Source: Phyllobates terribilis
Lineage: Eukaryota
Direction: 5' to 3'
Assembly (NCBI RefSeq): GCF_046119375.1
Contig: NW_027362765.1
Location: 118,234,001-118,298,000 of the forward strand
Length of the DNA: 64,000 nucleotides
The notes beneath the pieces are model-generated. The model was not told where the DNA came from. It did not search any database and saw nothing but the letters and a program-made list of their open reading frames with translations. Below are positions 1-11,399 of the stretch, piece by piece; position 1 is the stretch's first letter; every line of letters starts with the position of its first letter. The translations under genes and the position numbers were made by a program.

Positions 1-997
1 TCCGCTAACTCTTCTGACCGGAGCCAACTGTCTCATAGGAATATATGAAGCAGTTAGCAGAGATGATGAGACCTGGCGGTCAGGCTGGGGCCTCCGACCC
101 CGCGGATGGGGCCTCCGACCCCGCGGATGGGGCCTCCGACCAGAGCTCGGTCTATGAACACAGAGCATGGGAAACCAGCCTTACTAACATACACAATGGC
201 TGCTCTATTGGACACCCGTCCTTTCACAATCTAGACTTCCCTGTGCAGTTTCCTGTGGGTCATAATCAGTGCAAATCCACATTATAATGAGAAAATCTGA
301 TCAGAGCAGCTTCAAACAAGACATGGTCATCGGTGCTAGCCATCAATTTTTCAGAAACTGACACTGAGGGGTTTTCTCCAGCAATGGTGTATAAAGTAAG
401 GATGGGCGATTAAATCAGATTAATTCGCCATTTCAATGATGCACAGTTCTGATTTTTATTAAAATAACAAAAATAAAAAATTGCTAATATCAGGGTAAAG
501 CCGATGTTACAGCAGTGCTGGCAATAAGGTGCGTGGGTGGCCGGGAGAGGAGGCACTGTTTACACTGCATTTCTTCAGTGCGTTGGGGGGGTTCTGTCTA
601 AATCACCCCCTAAGTAATGGATTCAAATGAACCGCCAATAGGGCAATAGAATACAACGACAAAGAAAGGGCGGGATTCTTCAACTACGTTTGTGTTTTAT
701 CTTTGAACGTAGTTTGTTCAGATGGGCACAGAGACGTGGTTTACTGCCCCTTCTGTACCCATCTGAACAAACTCACACATTCAGAGAGAAAAAACACACA
801 AAGGAGTTTAAGAAATGCGTCCGCTCGTGCCATTGTATTCTATGGCCCCAACTGCGGTTTCCATCCCCCCCTAAAAACTGATTCAGACTGAACCCTTGGA
901 CGCAGTGTGAACAGTGTATTTGCCGATAATGTCCGTAAATTGTCTGAATTGTAAATGGCTGCGGAATATGGGGGCGATATATAAATAAATAGATTAA

Positions 998-1026
998 TAT
1001 CATCATCATCATCATCATCATCATCA
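998..1026. repeat. (ATC)n microsatellite
   Basis: Direct reading; gives the poly-M and poly-D stretches in the ORF track. Confidence 0.9.
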
Positions 1027-1259
1027 CAGCAGTTATATCTATATCCTGTGGCACTGTTAGGGGGGTGCAAGGTGGTGCAGATGAAGGGTCCCAACGTGCA
1101 CGGAGCAAGCAATGCTGGAGAAGATGGGGGCTGGTGAATCAAGACCGAAATTTATTGAGAGTCCGCAGGCGTAAAATACACCAAATTCATTACAAGACAC
1201 ACACCTCCTTATGAATTTGCGCATCTTCAGATTTCCAAAGTCACTGTGTAGCCCTAGCC

Positions 1260-1703
1260 TTAAAGGGCATATGTCAGCAGGTTTTTCTATGTAATCTGAG
1301 ATCAAAATGATGTAGGGGCTGAGACCCTGATTCCAGGGATGTCACTTACTTGACTACTCGCTGCAGTTTCCAACAAATCAATGTTTTAGTAGAAGGAAAT
1401 TCTTAATAATTGACAAGTTGTTTTGGGCCATGTAGTCCTCTTCCTCTGCGTAACCCCCACCAACGATTGGAAGCTTTCTGCCTATGCACTGTGTATACAG
1501 AAAGCTGCCAATCAGTGGTGGGGGCGGGGTTATACACAGTCCAGCATTCCGAGCTCTGCTAGATCTGCGGCAGAGAAAACAGGAATTCTATCAAAACTGC
1601 AGCAAGCAGCCCAGTAAGTGACACATCGCTGGAATCAGGATCTCTGCCCTTACATTAAGCTGCTGTCAGATTACAAAGTACAAACCTGGTGACAAATTCC
1701 CTT
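1260..1703. mobile_element. T2-type MITE
   Basis: TTAAAGGGCATATGTCAGCAGGTTT ... AAACCTGGTGACAAATTCCCTT imperfect TIRs. Confidence 0.6.
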
Positions 1704-2305
1704 CATAATTATATAAAAAAAAATTGAGATTTTTCTTTTGGGCAAAATTGCCCAGCCCTAGTCCACAGTATACCGAAAAAAGGTGAAATCGAGGAAAACC
1801 ATCCAGAGAAAGGGGATCTTGTAGATGTTAACAACTTGACGTTCCACAGATGGGCACTAGTTCCAGGGCCATTACTGTCTACGAGAAACATACTGAAAAG
1901 AGTCCAGTGGGCAAATAACCCAAGAGTGTGATCAGTGAGAACACATTGCCTTTTCAGAAGAATCCAGGATTGCACCATACTGATGGAAGAGGCAGAATCT
2001 GGCACAGGCATCATGATCTGAACCCTTCCTATCCAGTGTGAACAGTTCAGGTTGGTGGATGAATGATTTCTTGACACACTGGCATTTTTGGGACGATGTA
2101 CAAAGGGTCATCCATAACAAGTCAGGATGTCCACCTGGGCCGACATTTCTGCAGAACGGTTTCAGTAGGATATATGCCAAAAATTCTAGTGGTTCTGAAG
2201 GCCAAAGAAGCCCCAAAGCGCCACTAGATGGGCGACCCTAATAAAGTGGCCATTCAGTGTTATATATGGGCAAAACATAGCAGTTTAGAACAGGGTTACA
2301 CCATC

Positions 2306-2753
2306 TAAAGCTATGTTCACATACGTTGAGTTTTTTTCTGCAGCTAAATCTGCTGACAACTTTTCTCTGGCAATAAAACAGCTGCGTCAAAAATGCAGGT
2401 TTTGCTGCGTTTTTTTCCACTGTCCTTCTGTCTCTAGGCATGTACATAAAGTTCTGTGAAAAAAAGAATCCCATTCTATTTTGCCATCAAAAACGCTGCA
2501 AAAACACAGCAAAAAACGCAGGTGCGTTTTTGCAGCGTTTATTTTTTCACCACCCATTACTTCCTAAGGATGAAAAAACGCTGAAAGAAGTGACATGCTG
2601 TATTTTCCAAAATCGCAAGCAAGGCACAAAATACGCAGCAAACAAAAAGCAACATGTGTGAACAGAGAATTCTGGTTTGTCATAGACTTTGCTGGGACTG
2701 CAAAATACAGCTGAAAATCTGCTGCAAAATACAACATGTGTGAACATAACCTA
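2306..2753. mobile_element. MITE (GGCTATGTTCACA family)
   Basis: TAAAGCTATGTTCACAT ... ATGTGTGAACATAACCTAA inverted ends with GCGTTTTT/AAAAACGC internal symmetry. Confidence 0.6.
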
Positions 2754-4149
2754 AAGCTCTCCGGCGGCCGTGGCGCGCGTCTGGAGGCCCCGCGGCGCGC
2801 GTCTGATGGGCATTATGAACTTGGGCAATGTACTGTATACCATCTAGCAGATGCTAAACGCCTTTTACCCCTGGGAGACACTACATGTTAGTAGATCAGT
2901 TGACATGGAACAAGCACGTGTGACTGACTTTTCTGCAGAAAGAGATAAGCAGTGTCTATGTTGTGCCGCTCATCTCTAGAATTGCCAGGTTCTGACACCA
3001 GAATGTGATATTTATACAAACACTAAATTACAAGATAAATAACAGAAAATTCCCAGTGACGTCTCTTATACATTGGTTGCACAATATATTCACATGAAAC
3101 TGGACAGGTCCTATAGATTGCACAGGATTACAACAGAATATCAGCGCCCACCACAAGAAGTGCTACTAGAACGACCATCTAAAAGAAATACTGAAACTTC
3201 AAATCTCAGAAAAATATGTAGAAATGCTCCAATAATTAAAATTAAATACATGGGGAGACTCGCTAGATCAGAGAGAGGATCAGGTCGTGTATCACAGATG
3301 TGACATCATATGTAGATGTGGCATCATCAAGCAGAGATTATACAGAATGGTAATAGAAGGCAAGTAACAAGATACGTACGACATCACTACTACATTGCAC
3401 CAATGATGACATCATCATATCAGGCGACATCATAACATCAGACAGTAGATGTCAGGTACATATGATATCATAGGTAAAAGGTAAAATATCCAGGAACAGG
3501 ACATCATAAAGTCAACCAATTAGATGTCCTTGCAAATCGCAATAAATGGGAAATACGGTGGTTCAGAGGTGCGATCACACACCAAGGTGAAGCATGAATG
3601 CGGGTTATGTCAACGCGTTTCAAGGTTTTCAAACTTCTTGATCAGAAACAACCACACACTCATCCTGGTGAAGAAATTTCAAAACTTTGAAATGCATTGT
3701 CATAATAAACCCCATTCATGCTTCCCCCTCGTGTGTGATCGTACCTTTGAACCTTGGGCAGCGCAGTTCTGAAACACCTTATTTCCATTTATTGCATTGT
3801 ATCTCATTGGTGGGCCTGCTGCAGCCTTTACATGCAACCCCATCAGGTGAGCGTACCTATAATATTTTATACCCCTTGGTTATCAGATAAGACTTTATTT
3901 GCGCTTTTTTGTCTCTCCAGTTTTACCATTTGATTTAATTAGATGTCATTGTATTATATGTGACATCATAGACATTGTGTCAGGTACCAGACATGACATC
4001 AGGTACAGAATATTATATATAATATATCTCATTACTGTGTATACAAGACAAGGCACTAGATGTGACATCACTGCATTATACTAGGTATGGCATCACCCGA
4101 TCAGATACTACACATGACAGCATGTCAGGCACTAAGATGTCATTGTAGC

Positions 4150-4520
4150 AGATGAGACACCACCACCACCAGGCTGGGTCCTAGGTGTGACACAACCACC
4201 AGGTCTTAGTAATGACATCACCACCAGGCCGGGTCCTAGGTGTGACACCACCACCACCAGGCCAGGTCCTAGGTGTGACACCACCACCACCAGGCCGGGT
4301 CCTAGGTGTGACACCACCACCACCAGACATTAGTATGGCATCACCACCACCAGGCCGGGTCCTAGGTGTGACACCACCACCAGGCCGGGTCCTAGGTGTG
4401 ACATCACCACACCAGACACTAGTATGGCATCACCACCACCAGGCCGGGTCCTAGGTGTGACACCACCACCAGGCCGGGTCCTAGGTGTGACATCACCACA
4501 CCAGACACTAGTATGGCATC
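4150..4520. repeat. 33-bp minisatellite with higher-order spacer
   Basis: Unit CACCACCACCAGGCCGGGTCCTAGGTGTGACAC; spacer AGACACTAGTATGGCATCACCAC recurs three times. Confidence 0.9.
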
Positions 4521-4539
4521 ACCACGCCTGCAGGGCTCC

Positions 4540-5050
4540 GGTTGGCATTTGGAGGGCACACCCCGGGTCGCTCATGTATACTATACGTGTCCAGGAGACT
4601 GTCCTGAACCATCACTCGTTAATCCCTGGTTTCCCCAGCCCTCCCATGCTGCTACCCGCTGGGCCCTGTCCTGTGCCCGGCCGCCTCCTCACCTTGTGCA
4701 GACACACCCACACAGCTGCCCCCGTCATCTCCGGGCTGCCCCTCACCTGCCTTGTCCCAGCCGCCGGTCATTCCGTCCCTCTGTCCAGCCGCCGGATGCC
4801 GACTGACCGCCGGCTCTCACTTCCTTAGCAACAGGCCCGGCGACGACGCGCTCACTTCCTTAGTAACGGTCAACAGGCCGCGGCTTGTACTTCCTTAGCA
4901 ACAGCTGCGCAACCACGCCCACAAGCGACAGCTACAGGGAACTGGGGCTGTTATGGTAGAAGTACTGTTCCCAGCAGCCCCGCTCCAGATCCGTGCGGGC
5001 CCTTAAGTGCCACAGTCCCAGTGGGGCCCCTCGGTGCTTCCGATTTTTGC
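4540..5050 (-). promoter_or_regulatory. CpG island, probable promoter and non-coding first exon of the next minus-strand gene (KIF3B by synteny)
   Basis: CpG-rich segment with three ETS/X-box composites and minus-strand donor-like sites (CAG/GTGAGG, exon end 4747; AAG/GTGAGG, exon end 4693). No KIF3B coding sequence is in the window; identity rests on the vertebrate order KIF3B-POFUT1-PLAGL2-TM9SF4. Confidence 0.6.
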
Positions 5051-5548
5051 TCTTCGCTCAGAGAGCTGTAATATCATTAGGGGGACAGAGTGTTCTGCAG
5101 CTGAACTGGAGCTTACATTGGTACCATTGTTAGAGGAAAAGTTAGCAAGAAAAAAATACAATTTTGCCATTTCGATTTTTTTTTTTTTACACTTTCCGGC
5201 ATTCACGGTACAGGATAAATATTCAGATATTTTGTTACTTTGGACAGCCGCGCTCACGGTGATGGCAGATGTAGGTTTTTTTTTTAAAGCTTTTATTTAC
5301 ATTCTGGGGCAGGAGAGGTCAGCGGAAAATCTATATTTAAAAGAAAAATATATATATATGTGTGTGTGTGTGTGTTTTCGCCATCTTTTTCATAGGTCTC
5401 CTTAAGGAAGCAGAGATCACTAATAGTAATACTAGTACTGTAATATTGCAGTGTATGGTAAATTTCAGTAGTGCAGCCTCAGGCTTCAGCCTGTGATCAG
5501 ATTTCTGTAGGGTGATGACACCTCCTCTCCGTACGTCTGATTAGAGTA

Positions 5549-5727
5549 TAGGCCACGTTCACATATTCAGTATTCAGTCAGTTTTTTACATCAGTATTTA
5601 TAAGCCAAAACCAGGTGAGGAACAATCTGAGAAAAGGTATAATAGAAATGTCACCTATTCTGCATTTATCACCCACTCCTGGTTTTGGCTTACACATACT
5701 GATGTAAAATACTGTAAACATGGCCTA
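5549..5727. mobile_element. Palindromic MITE
   Basis: TAGGCC...GGCCTA ends; arms ACATCAGTAT..AAGCCAAAACCAGG / CCTGGTTTTGGCTT..ATACTGATGT. Confidence 0.6.
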
Positions 5728-6019
5728 GAAGTGTCAGACGGATCAGAAACCTCCACATTACCCCTTTGGCTTAGGTGTCGGCACCGCTACCTGTGTGATA
5801 GATAGCAATGCAGATCTGCCCATGTTCCCTGCTGCCTCTGTTCTTACCTCTTCTCCCCAGTGGAGCCACAAAGCACCTGCCTGCTTCTACAGATGATTGT
5901 GCCAGTGCACAAAATTTAAAGGGGTATTCCAACACCGCTCACTGCCGCACTGGAAGGTGAGAGGAGCCATGACATTGCATAGACGGCCGCTCACTATGAC
6001 TCATGTATGCATCTTATTC

Positions 6020-8032
6020 TATTTAAAGGGACTCTCTTAGCACAAAATGACTGTTCAAACCAAGCACAGGCTCTCGATGCTTTACAGCGTGTCCAATCAT
6101 TTACATGCACCTTCCCACCTGCTTGTTTTTCATCTATCTCCGCCCTTCTCTGGTTCTATGAAGCCAGAGCTGTCAATCAAAGAAGAGGTGAGGATGGAGA
6201 TAGTGGGAAAACAAGTAGGTGGGAAGGTAAATTTAAATGTTTGGCCACACCAAGGGTGCACCAGGCGCCTGTACTTGGTTTGATTAGTCATCCCGTGCTG
6301 ACAGGTTCACAATACCTGCCAATACCTATCAGTCAGCTGTCGACCGATGCAAATCACCTCCCGATGTGGAAGTAAGAGGTGCTGGATAACCTCAGCACCC
6401 CCAAAGAGTCATGCACCTTCTACCATATATTGTATTCTTCAATAACTCAGCATTTGTTTTACTTTAAAAGAGTAACCATTGTTTTAATTTTTCAGAAAAG
6501 AATAGTACACATGAAAATATGTAACTTTATAATATATCTTATCAGATAAATTTGCTTGTCCCTCCTGGACTGATCTTTCCTGCTCAATTCATGGTTAAAA
6601 TCTGTATTCAGTGAAGAAAGATTTTTCCCTTTACTGAGATAGAAGATGGCATTTGGTGCTTTTAAGATTCTATGGAGGAGGAGAAAGGGGCAAAGACATT
6701 TTACTGCAAGTTCTCCTGAAACGAGTTAGTTATCCATAGAACTTTATGAGCACCAACTGTCATCTCTCAGTAATGGTAAAGTCTGTAGTCAACAGAAAAC
6801 AGATTTTACCTGTGAATTAATGATCAGTTCTGGAGGAGAAACCAGATTTCTGTAATTAGATAAAAGATAGTTCAATCCAACGATCTTGGATTTCCAAAGA
6901 TCAATTCTTTCGTTTGGAGGGGAGATAAGGCAGTTCACACAGAGCCTGGCAGAAGCTGTCTCATAGAGGAAACAGGGACACTGAGCCAAGAGTTCCTGTG
7001 TATGGGGGGATTCGGGAAAGATAGCAGTCGGCTGAGCGATTGGACAGCTGTCTAATGTGTATGTGGAAAGATAAAAATGTCCCCCCAATATGGGCTTACA
7101 TGTATCATTATAACATGAGCAGGTTTCCTTTTACTGAGATCAAGCAGAAATCTAGTAGCAGCTTAATACCATCATTTATGCAGGAAGACAACTGGCAAAC
7201 GAATCAGATTTAATGTTTTAATTACAGAAATAAGTATAAAATAATAGGAACACGTTATTTATGTGCCTGTGACTCAGTAAGTGTCTCCTTATGTACGCCG
7301 CTCGCTGATCATTATGACAATGGGTTGTAGCTTCTGTTCACATTGAGTGCACAGTGGTCCCGGATGACGGGGAGAGGTCTTATTTTACAGGGTCCACTGA
7401 CTGCATTTGAAATTTAGTGGAAATAATTCACTGGAAAGTTCAGAAGAGGATACAACTGTCAGATCTTCTCCATGATGGGAACAGACAGGCTGGTGTGTCA
7501 GCACGGACTGTTCAAACCAAGTATAGGCGCTCAGTGCACCCTTGGTGTGACCAAACAGTTTAGTGCATCTTCTCATCTACTTGTTTTATTGACAGCTCTG
7601 GCTTTATAGAGCCAGACAAGGGTGAAAAAGAGATGGTACGGAGATAAAGTTGGGGGGTGGCAGGGGGCAACTAGGTGGGAAGATGCATGTAAATGGACTG
7701 TCAGCACAGAATGACTGTTCTAACCATAGTTTCAGAGGTTGAAGGTAGACTTAAGTCCATCAAAGTTCAACCTATAGCCTAAAATACAAGCCAAGTATAG
7801 GCACTCAGTGCACCATGGTGGGGTCAGTCATTTAACTACACCTTCACACCGGCTTGTTTTCCATCTATCTATGCACTGATCTGGCTCTATCAAGCCAAAG
7901 ATGTGGGTGGGATGGAGAAAAAGGGAGAACAAGTAGGTGGAAAGGAGTAGTTAAATGTTTGTGTTTGGCCCCACCATAGTGCGCCTGCACTTGGTTTGAA
8001 CAGTCATTCTGTGCTGTTAAGACTCCCTTTTA
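6020..8032. mobile_element. Cluster of about three related MITE copies (~6020-6400, ~7385-7690, ~7690-8032) plus another MITE remnant
   Basis: Shared motif GCACAGAATGACTGTTCAAACCAAG and its reverse complement recur at each copy. Boundaries approximate. Confidence 0.5.
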
Positions 8033-8636
8033 AATGCTTATGAGGTACCACATTCTTTAGTATGCCATCAGAAGTGGCAAGGTTGATGGGGTGAAGGCTT
8101 TTTTTGGAAATCGACTTCTAGAAAAGACATTTGTTCCTATTTTATCAGAACATCTTAGGAAATGTCCCTTAAGCAGAATAAAAAATAAAAAAAAAATAAA
8201 GGACTTTATTCACACATATCTGCAGACCCTTGTTTGGGGAACTCTGCTTTCATTTCCAAATCAAGTCTTTATGGTGGAAAGCCCCATGAAGGAGTATACT
8301 CATCTCTCTGGCTATGCCATTACTTTATGATCAGTGAGGATACAAACTCTAGGACCTTCCACACACTTACTGTTAAGGGAAGTCTAGCTGGAGTTATTCA
8401 CTTTAAGGTTGCACCCCCACCGATCGTAAAGTAAGAGCATATCCTACAGATATGCCAACATCCTGCAAAATGGGAATACCCTTTAAAACTAGACATTGGA
8501 CCAAATATCTTGTGGGCGTCACACACTTGGCAGTACAGGGTTTCCCAGGTGAGGACCAGAGCTGGCCTGTTTGCTGGTCGTCTCTTTAACCACAGACTAG
8601 TATTCTCGGGTAGTGTCCTCCCAATGCCAAGCTCCC

Positions 8637-11320
8637 TCATAGCTCATCTGGCTTCCTCACCACTGTATCCATCCCGAAGAAGGAGGAGGGCTTCCCCTGA
8701 AGATCACGCTCCCTCTTCACAAATGCCGTGAATGATGACACACAGTTCCCAATAAAATGGTCCGACTGACCCAGAATATACAGATCTATTTGTGCCACTT
8801 CTGGTTGTAAACTCACAACTTTAACCTACAAGAAAATAAACTGAAAAGATTAATATACAGGAACTTTAGTGACTTCCAGAGCTGCATTCACAATTCTGCT
8901 GCTTTCCTGCTAGCTCTCAGTTTGTGAAACATGCATCTAACTGCTGCCTAACTAAATCACCAACAACAAGTTTTGATAGACAACAGTAATTTGTGAATGC
9001 AGCTTTGGATGTGACTGAAGTATAAGGTATGATGCTATGGAGCTCTGGTGCCTGCTCACCTTCTCCCCCAGAGCCTTCTGTAGTTCGGCAGTGTAAGACG
9101 TGGAGTCAGTAGCTATATATATGGATCTCGCTTTGGTCTTCTTTACCCAGTATGTCAGCGCCCGCTTGATTTCTTTGAGGTCGGGCAGACACATGTTTAT
9201 GGTGAGCGGCTTTGCCTTCTGACGGTCGAACCCAACGCACTGAGGGGAAGCCATGAAATGTGGGCCAGCCGTGCCGTCCTTCAGCATCTTGCAGGCGTTA
9301 ACCTGTAGAGAAGACAAGATATGTATAACAAAGTAAGGCTAATACAACCAGCCGTTAATAAAAAAAGAAATGGTGCCATACTTATAATCATATGGCGCCA
9401 TTCCCCCCCATTAATGCAGTTCTATATGGCAGAAGACTGGGCAACTACAATATTACAGCACAGACAATTTACAAACCAAAGGTTTGCCAATAATCTTTTC
9501 CGCTGCCCAGCATCGCAAACTAACCGTCATCAAGAGTGAACGCTCACCCAGTCAGAGCCGATTCGCAAATGCACCCCCACGTACGGTCGGACAAGCAGGG
9601 CCTCAATTTGCTTCTCTCCCTCTTGAACCATCTTTTCGGACCAGACAATGTACTTCTGTAAACTCCTGTGTTCTTCCAGCACCGGAAACTGGGCTGGTGC
9701 CCCTGGGAGGGCGAGGACAGGGTGCGCTGAAGCGGGGTACCTGGCAAAATCAGAGCAATAAGCATTAGTGTGGCAAGCATTTATAAGCAAGGTCTCAGTT
9801 GCCATGGGCAAAAATGTCTTGTTTTATATGTAAATGTGTCAAAGGATTCCTAAAATGTGTGAGTTTTGAAAGATTTGGGGGTGTCTGCTAACACATTACT
9901 CGTCACTCACCGGCTCTGCCAAACGTCTTTATAATGAGCACTGAAATTGATGCCGTCGAACAGCTCTGAGCGGAAAAAGTCCACATGGAAATGATCCCAG
10001 AAAGGGCCAAATGGATTCCCATCCTGGAAGGAGTATATGATACCAATTAAAAGGGGATGCTAGTGCACACAACGCCGGGTCTACATATTGCAGGTACTCA
10101 ANNNNNNNNNNNNNNNNNNNNNNNNNNNNNNNNNNNNNNNNNNNNNNNNNNNNNNNNNNNNNNNNNNNNNNNNNNNNNNNNNNNNNNNNNNNNNNNNNNN
10201 NNNNNNNNNNNNNNNNNNNNNNNNNNNNNNNNNNNNNNNNNNNNNNNNNNNNNNNNNNNNNNNNNNNNNNNNNNNNNNNNNNNNNNNNNNNNNNNNNNNN
10301 NNGACACACCTTCCCATTTAAAGATTTTTCTGTATTTTCTTGACTATGAAAATTGTACATTCACATTGAAGGCATCAAAACTATGAATTAACACATGTGG
10401 AATTATATACTTAACAAAAAAGTGTGAAACAACTGAAAATATGTCTTATATTCTAGGTTCTTCAAAGTAGCCACCTTTTGCTTTGATGACTGCTTTGCAC
10501 ACTCTTGGCATTCTCTTGATGAGCTTCAAGAGGTAGTCACCGGAAATGGTTTTCACTTCACAGGTGTGCCCTGTCAGGTTTAATAAGTGGGATTTCTTGC
10601 CTTATAAATGGGGTTGGGACCATCAGTTGTGTTGTGCAGAAGTCTGGTGGATACACAGCTGATAGTCCTACTGAATAGACTGTTAGAATTTGTATTATGG
10701 CAAGAAAAAAGCAGCTAAGTAAAGAAAAAAGGAGTGGCCATCAATACTTTAAGAAATGAAGGTCAGTCAGTGTGAAAAATTGGGAAAACTTTGAAAGTGT
10801 CCCCAAGTGCAGTTGCAAAAACCATCAAGCGCTACAAAGAAATTGGCTCACATGAGGACCGCCCCAGGAAAGGAAGACCAAGAGTCACCTCTGCTTCTGA
10901 GGATAAGTTTATCCGAGTCACCAGCCTCAGTTTGCGTTTAGTTGGACCATCATTTATTTTTCAACAGGACAATGACCCCAAACACACCTCCAGGCTGTGT
11001 AAGGGCTATTTGACCATGAAGGAGAGTGATGTAGTGCTACGCCAGATGACATGGCCTCCACAGTCACGAGACCTGAACCCAATCGAGATGGTTTGGGGTG
11101 AGCTGGATCGCAGAGTGAAGGCAAAAGGGCCAACAAGTGCTAAGCATCTCTGGGAACTCCTTCAAGATTGTTGGAAGACCATTTCCGGTGACTACCTCTT
11201 GAAGCTCCACATGTGTTAATTCATAGTTTTGATGCCTTCAGTGTGAATGTACAATTTTCAAAGTCATGAAAATACAGAAAAAAATCTTTAAATGAGAAGG
11301 TGTGTCCAAACTTTTGGTCT

Positions 11321-11399
<79 letters not shown>

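Noticed and set aside
1-4150. Searched for KIF3B coding exons
   Set aside because: No kinesin motor motifs in any frame; coding exons would lie left of the window, so no CDS was called.
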